Below, in pieces: positions 49,880-64,000 of a stretch of 64,000 nt of DNA. Within the stretch, counting starts at the first letter, position 1, and every line of letters begins with the position of its first letter. The stretch lies in NCBI GenBank assembly GCA_032718475.1, contig JAUCBJ010006631.1, positions 26,448 through 90,447 of the forward strand, in the 5' to 3' direction. The notes beneath the pieces were generated by a model. It saw nothing but the letters and a program-made list of their open reading frames with translations. It was not told the DNA's origin and searched no databases. The DNA is from Nemertoderma westbladi (Eukaryota; Animalia; Xenacoelomorpha). The position numbers and the translations under genes were made by a program.

Positions 49880-52800
49880 TCAAATCAGACGCCATAAACC
49901 CCCACTTACTAATTGGAATGCCTCACAACTTTGTTCCTTACCACCCATGCGTGATAATGATTTAAAGGTATTTAGGCAGACTATGGATGCTTTTGAAAGT
50001 TCGCTAAGTGAAATACGCCAACTTTCAGTTTAAATTCGGGAGGAACCAACAAGAGAGGAACCTTCGACTTCTACTGATTTAACTTCTCTCCTTTTGGCTC
50101 CACTTCTTCTGCAAAAACTTCCTTCCTTCTGATCTAGTTATGGTATGGAATCGCAATCATTCTTCTGATCGGTTTAACCTAGATTTATTGCTAGAATTCA
50201 TTCCTAAGGAGTTGGAGTCAAGGGAATCGGTTGAGTTTACTTCTAAACCATATGCATCAACCCAAGTGGTTAGAACTTCAATAGGACCGAAATTCCCTAC
50301 AACAAATTCCAAATCACATGCGGCTACAGGGTCTTTTGTTGTGCATGAGTCAATCCCAAAGTCAAATGCTTGCATATTTTGCCATACTAAACCAATTCAT
50401 CGGTTTAAGGACTGTTCTGTTTATCTATCTAAGCAAATCGAGGAACGGCTTAAAATACTTAGGCTTAGTAATATTTGTACAAACTGTTTTGGCAATCATG
50501 GTACCAAGGACTGCAAATCCTCAACTGGATGCTACTCCTGTGGGAAAAGACATAATACTTTATTGTGTTTTAAGAGGTCCCGTGAGTTAGCACAAGGATC
50601 AACCCCAGTGCATAAACCCTCTTCCCATACAACTACTTCTGCAGTTCTGCCATGTATACCTATAGCTCCATCCATTTCACCACCTCAGTCCCATGGGGGT
50701 CCTCCAGCGGTACCAAATTCCAGGGAGGCTTCTAGCCAGCCACCTCATTTTCATTGGGGTCCGACCTCAACTTCCTGGGGTGTTTCCAATAATCATAATA
50801 ACTCTATTGTTTCAGATACCCCAACCCAGGCTGAAAACTTTTCAGTGTTTGTCAAGTTGGCAATGGCTTTTATAGTTCCACCAGATAATAACCATGGTGG
50901 CTACTGGATTCATGTGTATTTGGACGATGGTTCAAAACATTCATACATTCGAACTGACTTGGCTAGTGAATTAGACTTACCCATTATTGAATCCCGAGTA
51001 ATGTCCACTGGCTCATTTGGTAATATAGTACAAACTAATCAATCAAATTTAGTCACTTTCAATTTATTCAGCCAATTCTCTCAAGATTTTGTATCTTTAT
51101 CTGCCTGGACGGCAGATAAGCTTTGTCCAACTATGAAACAGGAAAAGTTATATTCACTCCCTCAGTCTGTATCACATTTAGGTGAATGGGCTGACAATTT
51201 GAATGGTGGTAATCGCGATATTTCAATTATTATAGGAGTCTCAGACAACATATGGTCTGTAACTGACTCGGTACATAAATTTCCAAATAGCCCCACTGTT
51301 GTCAATACATTTTTTGGTAACGTTTTTTCGGGGCCTTATCGCTCTAATCCCTCTCTTCCTACGGATATTTCCCCATCAATGTATATTTCAGAAATCCCTG
51401 ATAACTCGATTGAACAGTTATGGAATTTAGAGGCAGTTGGGGTAAAAGAACAAAATGTAGATTGTAATCCTTACCCACCACCAGTAGTTTCCCAAGAAGA
51501 ATTCCCTCATTACCGTTTGCCTTTTAAAGGCATACAACGGCCCTCCACTAACTTCCCTTCTGTATTTGCAATTCAGCCGAAGGTGTTTTCCAGACTTAAC
51601 ATTAATGATAAAAATGTTTATGGTGAGAAATTGCGTAAACTTATTGCGGATGGCATTATTGAACCAGCCACTTCCGATAGCCATGAAGGTTTTTTTTCCC
51701 CCTCACCATTTGGTATATTCCTCCAATAAATACCGTATTGTCTTTAATGGTTCTTCTAGAGACTACAATGGAGTTACTTTAAACTCTTGTTTAGACCCAG
51801 GACCCAATTTGTTAACCTCATTTTGTTCGTCTTCACCCTCATGTTGTTATGGGGGATGTTGAAGCAGCATTTCATCAAGTTGCTATCCATCCTGATGATC
51901 GTAAATGGGTTAAGTTGAGATGGAATGGGTGTGATTATCAATTTAAATTTGTTCCCTTTGGTTTAAACTCCAGTTCCTTCCTACTCCATTCGACTATCCA
52001 TTTCCATGTTTCATCAGAAGCTCCACCTACTTTCAATGATGAAATTATAGAATCTTTATATTGTGATGATGTAATTCATTCTGATGATAGTTATGAGCGG
52101 GCTGGTTGGTTTATCACTGAAACAGCTGCTCTACTTTCAAGTGCAGGTATGAACCTTCGCATTGTTGATAATACAACTAAGATACTCGGCCTTCCTTGGA
52201 ACACTTCCACAGACACACTCTATATAGATACTTCCAGTATTCTTATTTGTCTAGTTATATGTCGCAGAGATGTCATAAAGGCTGTGGCACGTATTTATGA
52301 CCCACTGGGTTTGAAATGTCCTTGGACTCTTCTTGGTAGGATCATCCTTCAACTTAGCTGGAAATCTAAACTCAACTGGGATGATCCTCTGCCTGATGAT
52401 CTCCTTAAATTATGGAATAATTGGGCATCAGACTGTGGTATTCGTGTTTATTTCCCCCGGTGTGTTTACATATCCAACATTTCGGAATTGTTTATATTCT
52501 GTGATGCATCAAGAAAGGCTTACGCATTTTGGGCTTATATTGTAAATCCAAACTCCTTGCCTACTTTGTATTTTGGGAAGGCAAGGGCTGGTCCGATTAA
52601 ACCAACAACATTGTCTGTTCCACGACTTGAATTAATGGCAACAGTTCTTGGGGCTAATTTCGCCAACCATGTCACAAATAAAATTTTCCATCCAAAGCAA
52701 ATCCCCCTTCACTTATTTTCTGATGCTCTTTGTGTGCTAAATTGGATTCGTAAAGGTCCCAACAAGCGTGATATCTTCGTCTATAACCGAGTTCAAACTA

Positions 52801-54486
52801 TAGTAAAAGTAACAGATCCTACATTTTGGCACTATGTACCAACAGACCTAAATCCGACTGATATTCCATCAAGGGGCTGTTCTCTCTCCCATTTGGCTAC
52901 TTGTGATCAATACCTACATGGACCTCATTTTATAACAAAGCCACATTCAGAGTGGCCATTGATTTGATGGTCTTTGATTTGCTTGAAATCATATTCAGGC
53001 TTTTGGAAACCTGTCCACATCCTCGCTTGGATATTTAGATATATAAACAACCTACGCCATTGATTCTAAAATATCTGGACCATTAACCTTCATTGAGAAG
53101 CAGCATTCATTGAATTTATTAATTCGTATAGAACAGCGTAAAACTTACAGTGTAGAGGTTAGGGTGTTAGAGTCAAACCCTTCCTCAAGCGTCTCTCAAC
53201 AATCCCCTATTCATAAACTCCGCCCAATAATAGAAAATGGGATATTAAAATCCCAACCCCGAACTAGAGAGAATCCTAGAATTATACTACCAAAGAGCAG
53301 TGATCTAACCAAATTGATTGTTCTCCATATTCATGAAAGCCTAATGCATCAAGGTGCCAGTGGCACACTGGAGCCACACTGGCTCAAATTAATCTGAAAT
53401 ATTCCATTCCAGGTGGACGTTCATTGGTTCGTAAACTTCTACATAATGAATGTCATAAATGTAAACGGTATCGAGCATTACCATATAAGGCTAGTGAATC
53501 GTTATTACAACCTTTTCGTTGTCAACCTTTAGTTCCCTTCCAGTGTATGGGTATTGATTTCTTTGGTAACTTACGTTCCGATGATAGGGATAAATTACCA
53601 TGTTTATTGGCTACATGCACTTCAACTCGTGCCATCCACTTAGAGCTTTGTGATAATGGATCAGCTTTTCATACACATTTGGCTCTTAGAAAGGTATTCG
53701 CTCGCCGGCTTCGCCCATTTACAGAGGTGGAGATTCATTCCAACAATGCAAAGACCTTTAAGAAAATCTCACACTTGAGATTTCCTCATCATAGTACTGT
53801 TTGGCGATTTATTCCTGCTCATAGCTGAGGTGGGAAATGGTTGCTAATTCGAGACCTCTAACTTCTGTTAGTTCAGATCCTAATGCTTTTAACATAATCA
53901 CACCAAGTGATTTCTTATATGGTATCCCTCCTAAAGATGACAATGACATTGATCCCGCTGCTATAGATTCAGATAAATTGCGGCAGTGTTTATACTCCCA
54001 TGATCAAATCAGCCGCAGGTTTTGGAAGCTTTGGTCAACAGAATATTTGGCTTCTCTCCGTAACTGGCGTACTAAGAAATCACCTTCTCGTCTACCAAAT
54101 CTTAGTGACCTTGTGTTGGTTCATCAAGACAACTGTCCTCGGGGTCGATGGCCTTTATAGCCCAGGTTATAAAACCCTTTGTTGGTCCAGATGGCGAATG
54201 TCGGGCTACTGAGATACTTTTGAATGGCAAGAAAACGACACGGGCGGTTCATCTACTTATTCCACTTGAAGTCGACAATTGTTACAAGGTTCCTAACCGT
54301 GGGGGTAATGATCAACAACAAAAAACTCAGATGTCACCTGTATGTGTTGATAATGCTCAAGAAAACTCCATCGATAAAAGGGTTTGAGGTAAAAGGGAAT
54401 CTGTCCCTATTGATAGTAACCAATCTCCTTTAATTACCTCACGTGGTCGTATCTCTAAGAAACCTGATTATTTCGTAGCCCATTAG
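49880..54486 (+). pseudogene. Third, degraded BEL/Pao gag-pol (multiple frameshifts and stops)
   Basis: CTNCFGNHGTKDC/CYSCGKRHNTLLC, LDDGS, YCDD, FCDAS, NPTDIPSRG, GIDFFG, NSRPLT, FWKLWSTEYL, PRGRWPL. Confidence 0.9.
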
Positions 54487-55423
54487 CTATGTGAACTATT
54501 GTCTTATTGTTTATATCAGAAACTAATACATACTGTATACGTGTAGCCTTTCGGTTGGTGTTGGGTTTTTTTGTACCTACCAATCCCATATTTGGATTGC
54601 AGTATTTAAGTATATTTTATACGCACATGCTGGTTTCCCAACGGTATGTTTTTTTCCTCACCCTATGTAGTTTAATATGTCTATATTGGTCGTATATATG
54701 CTGTACTACATACAATTTATTGTTGTACGAAATTAAATTAAATAAATATTATCTATCCTCAATCCAACTCAGGACTAAATGGTTCTCAAAAGGGAGAATA
54801 TAACAAATGCCAATATAATACATGTTGGTTAAGTAGAGTACCGTAATGCTCTACCAGTAGGCAATTAAGAGGTCTCTTGTTATACAGACCTACTTGGTCC
54901 TGACTTAATTTAGCAATAAATAAACTTAGCAATGTTCAAGGTACTTCACTCTAAATGGATTTTAATTTATTTTCATGGTAACTCAATTTCACATGACGAA
55001 ACATTTCAGAAGGTCATTATTTGCTTGTTGCCATGGTTACAGAGAGGCTTCCAACCCCTTTCAATGGAGCAACTACTAGAAATGAAGAGAGGGACATATT
55101 CTTATAATGTTATATGATTTTTGCGGATGGGGAATACATACTATATTAATTAGGCAACAACGGTTTCATGGCAACCTGGTTTTGAAAATTTCCACAATCG
55201 ATTTTCTGATGGCGATTTAGTGGGGATAGGTAAGGGTTATAATTCTGTAGGAGTATTGGAAAATGATGTTTTGCAAATGAATGTTTTAGAACATGTTAAC
55301 ATACTACTACTATGTCGATTGAACTCGGACAGTAGAAATGAGATCCTTCCAGGCTTCCCGATTCTCCATAGTTATCGCAATTTCGTTTCTCTCAAGTTCA
55401 GTATCCATTTCAAGTTGATATAT

Positions 55424-56125
55424 TTATGTTATGGCTGGTCGTCCACGACTACGCTTTCCATGAGTTGGTTGCCAGAAAAGTAGAACTGGTATGTCCTCGT
55501 CTTTACTTCGCCAGCAGTGCCCACTGAATCTTAATCTGCGTTCACGGAGGGTGGTTGATACAGGTGGTATTGTACCATAAAGCTCGGAGTTTGTCATGTG
55601 TTGTCTCCAGCTGATGTTTAGGTCTGCCCTTAGTAGTCTTGTGTAGCAACCATCAATCCGTTGTTCAAGTGATTTAGTCAGTGTCCGGGTCTCACCCCCG
55701 TATAAAAATAAACTTTCCACTGTGGCTCGAAAGAACTTAGTCTTCAGGTGTCTGGAGAGATCTGATTTCCAGATGGTATACATTTTTGACAGAGAAACCG
55801 AAGACTTTGCTTTCCTAACTTCTATGTACTTTTTGCTACTCTCTATCCATGATCCTAGGTACTGAAAGTCGTCGACATTCCTTAGTTGATTATTATCAAT
55901 GGTTGTCAAGTTTCCATTAACATTAAAAGTCATGAATTCGGTCTTGGTAGCATTTATATGCAATCCAACCTCCTTAGCAGCTCTCTCCACTTTATTTAGT
56001 ACTGTAGAAGCTGTACATCTGCTAGCGTATTAGAGAGAAGGTCGATGTCATCCGCAAATTCGGTGTCTGTGACTGTAGTTGCCGGATATCTACTACTTCT
56101 GCGTTCTTGAAGTGTGAATCCCAGA
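55424..56125 (-). pseudogene. RTE LINE RT fragment (different family from 25770-27554)
   Basis: FADD, GLHINATKTEFM, FQYLGSWI, RRLRFSGHCWR. Confidence 0.85.
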
Positions 56126-56523
56126 TCTTATGTTAACATGTTAGCTATCAATTAACTTTCTGGAACACATTTTTTGGTTCCAGAACATTTTTTCGTAAAA
56201 AATTAAATATTACAGGGATCGCCGTTATACACAACCTATTATATTATAAAAATTTTTAAAATAATTGGTATAATTTACCTTAATTACCTTACTCTATATT
56301 TGATATAATTAATATATTTTGTATTATTTTCGTATACATTATATAATTTGCTAATTTACCCCAATAGGGTTGGTGCGCGAAAAAATTGTTGGGCTTGAAA
56401 CATTCGAATAAGGGGTAAGAAGGTGCCCTGAATCGAGTGGCGGGGTGTGTTTTTTGTAAAAACACAAGGGAACGGTGGAAATGGCGGGTTTAAGTAAGCC
56501 TGGGAAGCCAATTTTGAAAATCA

Positions 56524-57823
56524 ATGTTAACGACATACTGACTAACAGGGGGTTGGTATGTATATATTAAATTAAATTAAAGGAAGAACAGGAGTCTTAC
56601 ACCCCCAATAAAAATATAGAATCAGGACATTTAGCCCAAAATATTTCTCGACCCCTAGGGTCATCGAAGAACAACAAACACACAAACACAAAACAAATAT
56701 AAATACATGCTAAACATACAGGTATGTGTCGCAACCCTAACCCTAAGCCTACCCGCCATGCACTAAATGATACCGTTAATAAACTGCACAATAGCTAAGC
56801 CTATATTATATAAGAAAATATATGACAATTTTGTCGCCGTGAAAGGGGTATGACTGAGGCAAAAATAATTAATTTGTGAAAATATGGATGCGTTTCAGTG
56901 TCTTGGACCAGTACGCGCTAATCCTCGACACCTCGTCAGCTGGACAGGGAATTAGCCAAGCCTATCTATAATGCACCAATAACCTAAAATAATCGCACCA
57001 TCAACTCTGTTACCACCTAGCCCAAAACAGAAGTCAGACCACAGAACACAGGAACCCCATAGGCCTATGGTAAGTAAATATGTTACCAATGGGAAACTGG
57101 TGGAATGCTAGGGCACACACACAGTACAAAATTTAAATAAGATTTTATGATTTGCAGTAATGTCGGAATTCTGCTCCACTTTCATAAGATGATAATTGAT
57201 GTTAACGACATACTGACTAACAGGGGGTTGGTATGTATATATTAAATTAAATTAAAGGAAGAACAGGAGTCTTACACCCCCAATAAAAATATAGAATCAG
57301 GACATTTAGCCCAAAATATTTCTTGACCCCTAGGGTCATCGAAGAACAACAAACACACAAACACAAAACAAATATAAATACATGCTAAACATACAGGTAT
57401 GTGTCGCAACCCTAACCCTAAGCCTACCCGCCATGCACTAAATGATACCGTTAATAAACTGCACAATAGCTAAGCCTATATTATATAAGAAAATATATGA
57501 CAATTTTGTCGCCATGAAAGGGGTATGACTGAGGCAAAAATAATTAATTTGTGAAAATATGGTTGCGTTTCAGTGTCTTGGACCAGTACGCGCTAATCCT
57601 CGACACCTCGTCAGCTGGACAGGGAATTAGCCAAGCCTATCTATAATGCACCAATGACCTAAAATAATCGCACCATCAACTCTGTTACCACCTAGCCCAA
57701 AACAGAAGTCAGACCACAGAACACAGGAACCCCATAGGCCTATGGTAAGTAAATATGTTACCAATGGGAAACTGGTGGAATGCTAGGGCACACACACAGT
57801 ACAAAATTTAAATAAGATTTTAT
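56524..57823. repeat. Two near-identical ~625-bp direct repeats (56524-57148, 57199-57823) separated by ~50 bp
   Basis: Offset of 675 bp; only a few substitutions seen; the same spurious 64-aa ORF appears in both copies. Confidence 0.92.
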
Positions 57824-58070
57824 ATACAGCTGTGATTGGCTGCTAAATATTTGACATCACTACGCAGTGCTCCAATAATTTCTTATATTGTTTTCTATGC
57901 CATTAATATATACATTTAATCTCAATCATTTCACACGCCCGTATATCAATTGAAAGCGGGGAATCTTGCGCGTCTTTTTACACCACAATTAATTAAATTC
58001 ATGATGACGAACATTGATTAAATTAATCAATTCACAATTATAAACTTGCAGATTGCCTGGCCTTGTATGC

Positions 58071-58303
58071 AAGCACTCAACCATTTAGCCCTAGCCACCT
58101 ATTACATTGCAGTATCGGATTAGGCCTAATGCTGTATTGTTGCTTAAGTTTATTAAGTTGAGTAAACCTCTGTACCACTCTTACACAACCGGTGACCGGT
58201 ACACATTTCAACTTAATTAACTTAAAGCTGCAATACTGTACAGCAATACTCCGATACTAATGCATAATGCAATAGGTTGATAGGGCTAAGTGGTTGAGTG
58301 CTT
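58071..58303. mobile_element. MITE-like palindromic element (~230 bp)
   Basis: aagcactcaaccatttagcccta ... tagggctaagtggttgagtgctt, plus inner imperfect symmetry. Confidence 0.6.
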
Positions 58304-58974
58304 ATTGTCCAGATTCTCAATAATGTTCGACTATAGAGACCTACCTGGGTTTGGTGTCTAGAAAATGTCTTTGGTCTCGATGTAATGGCGATATTATATT
58401 AATCAAGTAACACGGAAGCAAATAAATTGAATTTACCAGTAGAATATCAAATATTATAACAAATAATTATAATAATATTATTGATAAAGAACAAAATACA
58501 AACAAACAAACGAAGTAATAATTCCAGTCATTTAAAGTTGACCAGGGTTTTTACTCCTTACATGTGTAAAGTATGACGCTACAAAACAATTAATGTTAAA
58601 GAGAATAGAGTGAGGGCAATGCATTGAGCCTGTAGCTTTATAGTAGTAGTAGTTTTATTGACCTAATATATATAACATTATACATAATTATAATATGACT
58701 AGAAAGCCCGTTCTAGTTTCGCTTAGTTTCTAGACGGCTTTCTAGTTCACAAGCCTATTCACCATTCCAAACATTAGATTAATTAATTAACTTAACTTAA
58801 CAAAACGTCACATGATTGAGTGTTCTCTCAAACAAAAGGACTGAGGCTGTTTTACTTTTCAAATATCTACATACTACGTACAACATAAGGCTTAGGTTGT
58901 ATAAAGTAGATAAATACCTGCCAAGTATCATTTCCAAAGGATTACAAATAGTAAAAATATGGAAGAAGGTTAAA

Positions 58975-59850
58975 CTGTAGAACTGCAGTTATCATCCTCG
59001 TAAACACAACCTATAGTTTATTTAGTTTAGTAGGTACTGTACAGTACTTTTAGATCCCTGCCAAGAATAAACTCTAAAGAATTTAAATGGGAGAAGGATT
59101 TCATTTAGAGACAATTCGTCCCCTAGTGGCGGACTGGAGAACTGCAGACTGGTCAACCAAACAGACTGGAAAACTGCAGACTGGAAAACCAGGTCTCCCA
59201 AAGACGCAGCTTATGATGTAGTACAGTAGACCTCTGCCAAGTATCAGCCTAAAAGCATTTTTAATAAATAAATGTGAGAATGTTTTCACTTTTCAGACAT
59301 TTCGCACCCTCACACTCACCCATACTGGAGAACTGCAGACTGGTTAGCATCCGCCCCAAACACACAGCCTATGGTGTAGTATACCTTTCCCAAGTATAAA
59401 AAAAGCATTAGAAACAACGAAATGGGATAAGGTTTTCACTTTCAGATATTTCTCCCCCTAGCGGCAGACTGGGGAATTGCAGATTATTCAGAGTTCTCTA
59501 CAAACACGCAGTCTATGGTGTAGTCGACTTCTGCCAAGTATCAGCAAAAAAGCATTATAAACAACGAAATGGGATAAGGTTTTCACTTTCAGATATTTCT
59601 CCCCCCTAGCAGCAGACAGGGGAATTGCAGATTGGTCAACATCCTCCGAAAACACACAGCCTATGATGTAGTAGACCTCTGCCACGTATCAGCTAAAAGG
59701 CATTAATAATAACGAAATGGGAGAAGGTTTTCAGTTTCTGACAATTCGCCCCCTAGTGGCAGACTGGAGAACTGCAGATTGATCAGTGTCTTCCCAAACA
59801 CAAAGTCTATGGTCAGGAACGTATCTGCAAAGTATCATTTAGAACAGATT
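58975..59850 (-). repeat. ~150-bp satellite-like array, antisense copy of the HINE core repeat
   Basis: Recurrent ccctag.ggcagactggagaactgcagat is the reverse complement of atctgcagttctccagtctgccgctagagg in 45073-46408. Confidence 0.75.
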
Positions 59851-60169
59851 GAGTCTGATGGTGCAACCGCTGTTATAGAGCTTCCTGCTGGTTGACAAAT
59901 TTGGCTGAAAATGGTTATGGAATAATAGCCCAATTTGACCACAAATACGCATTCACGCATAAATGATGCATAAAATTCGCCTCGATATAACGACATTTCG
60001 CGTCCATGTGCTCGGGGCAGTCTGCATCACGTAGATGCGCATCAAAAAGTAGCATAACAGTCGAGACTCAACGTGTAGAGTGTCAGAATGAACTGCTAGG
60101 CCTACTGCGCTACCGGTACCAAATTCACGAAATCTGCATCTGTGAAATCCAGGGGATTGACACATTTCA

Positions 60170-63100
60170 ATCCACATTTCAATGGCCATATCCGGGTTCT
60201 TAAGAATCTTTGTTATAAACGTCTTCCTAGCGTCCAATATTCGATATGACAATGGGGCAATGCCAGCTTCCATAAGGCACAGGTCAATTGGTGTTTGAAT
60301 ACGAACTGATAGTAAGCATTTTACCATTCTATCGAAATACTTCTGTGTTACTCCAGTGCTGTCTGTAAACCATGATTCTGCACTATACAATAGCGAGGCC
60401 ATCACGCAGGCTTCAAAGACTTGTCGCTTGAATACAAACGGGACCCTATATAATTTTTTGCACAAAAAATCGCAAATTTGTTCGGTGTTTCCTCCAACTT
60501 TGGTTCCAACAATTTAAACAGTGATTGGTATCGGCCATCTCCTGTGAACATTGCGCCCAAATAAATATAATGTGTACACAGCTTAATAGTAGTGCCGTTG
60601 TAAGTTATCGGCTCACTATCTTGTTCGTTCCCATTAATGACAAGGAATTTTGTCTTTTTATCGTTTATTGACATGCCGCACAACTCACAATATTTGAATA
60701 AGTGAATATGTGAATAATTGAATATTTGACTTTCGTTCTAAGGATTTTTGGGTACAGGCAAAGATAAACTGTGTCGTCCATTAGTAACAAAACCGAGATC
60801 AATCCAAGGAAACCATTCTCACTACAAGCATTCTTGATCATTATTACCATCTTGTTTAAATAGAAACAGAATAATACACCACTAGATGGTGCACCTTGTC
60901 TAACCCCTATCATTGTAATAAGAACCGTCGTTTTAAGTACGCTCTTAGTAGATGTGTATAAAGCACAAACTACACACAGAAAACGTTTGCCACAACCCAT
61001 CAAACGAAGCTCATTGATTAGTTTATCACGGGGTACTCGATCATAAGCCTTACTGAAATCCTCAAATAAGACAAATAGAATCTATACTTTTTAGAGATAG
61101 CTAAATCAATTAACAATCGACATATAATAGAGACATAGAGATAGAGACATATAATGTGCTCTAAGCAACCTCTTCCTTTCTGTGCACCTGCCTGACACTT
61201 GTCTAGAAAAGCCCATAACAGAACCCGTTTAGCTATAATAATATCAATGAGTTTAGCCACGCTGGTCATTATTGGGATTCCGCGAAAGTTTCCACATATA
61301 CTTCTAACTCCACTCTTAAAGACTGTAAAGAATTTACTCGTGTTCCACGACGGTGTTGCCCAACTGTAGTCAAATATTGCATTGAATATGGATAAGAGTA
61401 GCAGTAGCCATGAGCCTGGTAGAGATCCTATTAAGCCAGGGCAAATTCCAACATACCCCTTATTTGTGTTCAAATCGGCTATTGCTTCTCCCAAGTTTCT
61501 CCCGTTCAGACACGGATCATCTAAAACTGGAACATAAGGCGATTGATTCTTCGAGGTCTTCCAGAGCCAGTGGAGTTGGAGTCGAAGGGTTTAGAAGCAA
61601 TTCGAAATGGGCTTTGAACTCGATATCAGTTGGGATATCATCACCCCTGTTACCATCATCTCCGGTCAAGGTTCCGTTCCAGTCGAGTGATTTCCAGATA
61701 GCGCGACTTTCTGTCGCTAACACCAATCTTTCCCAGCGACTTGCCGTTTCCCCAAGTCCATCTCGTTCTTTAATAGGATGGTTAACGTACAGGTTCGCTC
61801 TTTCGCTAACACCAATCTTTCCCAGCGACTTGCCATTTCCCCAAGTTCATCTCATTCTTTAATAGGATGGTTAATGTACAGGTTCGCACTTGAGCTCACT
61901 GCATGTGACATTGTATCCAATGCATCCTGGATGCCGACTACGGAATCAAATCTTATCTCAGGTGGGTGTAAGCCTGACATTACCTCTGAAAACTTAGTAC
62001 AGTCTACCATTTTATGCGAACGGGTTTTCCGATCCACTTTGAGAATCTCATATGTTGCAGATGAAAAAGACTGCTCTGCATAATGACAACCAGCGGGCTG
62101 GGCGTGCTGTAGAAGGAAATCGATATCAGGGTAAAACCAAGTCGATGAGTCGAGAGAAACACAAACTGGTGCATGATCTGATCCGCTAAAAGTCTTGTCA
62201 ACATGAACATTAGAAACGAATGGTAGGCAGGGCCAGTTTGTGATACAAAGATCCAATTCAGAAACCCATCTCCTTCCTTTCCGGTATGACAATTCTCCAC
62301 CTAACTGTGTTTCCTCTGTCTGTAGGTGGTTATAAACAAGCGAATCTGTAGCGGCACATAAACCGAGTAAGTTTCGCCCGCTGGTATTTACAACTGTATC
62401 AACAATATTTACATATTTCAGTTTCGCTAAGTTATCGTATGGCAGCGACGGAGTCCCCTACCAAGCGTTAAAGTCTCCCACCACAATGCAAAATTTTTCT
62501 TTATTACATATTAATTTCCCATGTAATGATGCGAAATCGGCAGGGTTATAGTACGGCGAGTCGGATGGTGGGATCTAGCACCCACCGAGCAAACATTTAG
62601 GGAAACAAGTCAATCAAAAACAGTCATATCTGCCCTTCCCTATCACAGTCGATCAATTTAACAAATGGTAGAAAATTTCGCTTCAGTAGTAGCAGTGCCC
62701 CTCCACAATGAGCTGCAGGTTTTGAACGGTTCATAAAGCACTCATAACCCGCAACCACAACTTTTCCAACAGTTTTAGTTTCGAACAAAAAAACGATATC
62801 AAAATCAGAGATCCTATTAATAATTGTAGTATTATCTAGCTTATCCTTTAGTCCTGCAATATTCCAGCTACATATTGAAACAGATTCTAAATTGCTCTGC
62901 TGCGCTGCGCAATCCTAGTGGAGCTACACATCGAAAACAATGCCATCCCTTAACACCCCTCGTCTCCTATAATCATAGTGGATTTCCGATCCTTCATTTC
63001 CAGCTTTCAATCGCTCATCATGAACACAATGATGTAACCTGTAACCGAGCTTCTTCCTTCCTTATTAGGGGGTGCTCATCCTTCCGAATATAAACTTTCG

Positions 63101-63730
63101 CATAGGACTGAGAGTCCTTTAGGTTCTTTGCAGATTTTAAAACATCTGTTCACGTTTTCAGATTGAGGAAGCGCACCAACAGGGGACTGCACCTCGCACT
63201 GCCTGTAACATTGCCGGGGTGGGTGTGGTTCCTGTTGCCTAGCCTTGACACTTCCAATTCATCTGCCGTGGTAGGACAATTTATAGCTTGAAGAATAGAT
63301 TTCACTCGATCTTTGTTTCCCGTGTCAGTTTCGGATTCATCTTCTGAAACCCCGGAAAAAAACGAGATTATGACTACGCTCCTTGGAATCAGCATCATCC
63401 AGGTACGTCTGATCTTATAAGCTTGGTCGAGGTCTTTTGATAGTTTATTGACAGTCTCTTTAAGCGCGGAGATTTGCCGGACCTCCTTGAGCAGAACCTT
63501 GATCTCGCACAGGATATTTTCAAGTCCACCATTAATTCCACCATCATGATTGTGGGATGAGGCGATGGTACCACCGTTACTTGGTCATGCACTCCTGTAT
63601 AAACCTAATGCCAATTCTATTGCGCATTAGTCAGTTTGTTTATTTGAAAGTCAGATAACACTCGAACATCATCTAGAGTATTGATTGTTACGGAGACCGA
63701 CTTTTTTCGATTTTTCTTGTGCCATTTACA
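60170..63730 (-). mobile_element. Near full-length degraded APE-type LINE (ORF1 + endonuclease + RT)
   Basis: ORF1-like GVSE...RLG...PLLVRF; APE motifs SWNIAGL, VGDFNA, SELDL, SDHAPV; RT motifs NFRGI, QAGAQKGRGC, GVRQG, LLLMDDTV, YIYLG; many frameshifts. Confidence 0.85.
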
Positions 63731-64000
63731 ATAATTAATTATATTTATTGTAGTCCTGCAGTCCACAGTCAAGCTTTATGCAGACTCTATATAATACATT
63801 GCCGAGACCATACAATGGGTAATAGCAACCAATAGCCAGAAGAGGTAGAAGAAATGTTTGTGTCCAATCTATTGGGTAGAAGAAATGTTTGTGTCCAATC
63901 TATTGCAGTATTGATTGATAAATATGATGAAGATTGTTGTTGTAAATTTCTGTAAATTTTCAGACTTATTGATGCTTAAATGGATAATTTCACATTAAAG

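Noticed and set aside
54790-54930. 3' LTR of the third BEL after aaaagggagaa
   Set aside because: Starts TA rather than TG and there is no matching 5' LTR in the window; it cannot be supported.

Overview
Eukaryotic (probably invertebrate animal) genomic DNA dominated by nested transposable elements. There are two host genes on the minus strand: a spliced gene with tandem fucolectin/FTP-like domains (6 exons traced, 45-4465, both ends unresolved) and a single-coding-exon galactose-3-O-sulfotransferase-like gene (8504-9667). The centrepiece is a ~21 kb BEL/Pao LTR retrotransposon (9885-30752, minus strand) with ~2 kb near-identical LTRs. Its single gag-pol frame is broken by two in-frame stops, and an RTE LINE is inserted in its leader. 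In the env position it carries an intact 1235-aa third ORF that is not env-like: it has motifs of a WRN/EXD/RNase D-type DEDDy 3'-5' exonuclease and three CCHC zinc knuckles. A second, divergent, internally deleted BEL element (~37900-44150) carries recognisable remnants of a homologous ORF3 and the same GGAGCGG|TGT PPT/LTR junction, so ORF3 looks like a clade-level accessory gene. Also present: a Zator transposon, a palindromic hAT-type element with 8-bp TSD, a foldback-like element, HINE/Helentron-like elements with internal satellite arrays, a third degraded BEL, a Gypsy integrase fragment, several LINE/SINE remnants, and minisatellites, one of which amplifies a host exon/splice-donor junction ~22 times. 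All domain calls come from motif recognition by eye; no database searches were run.
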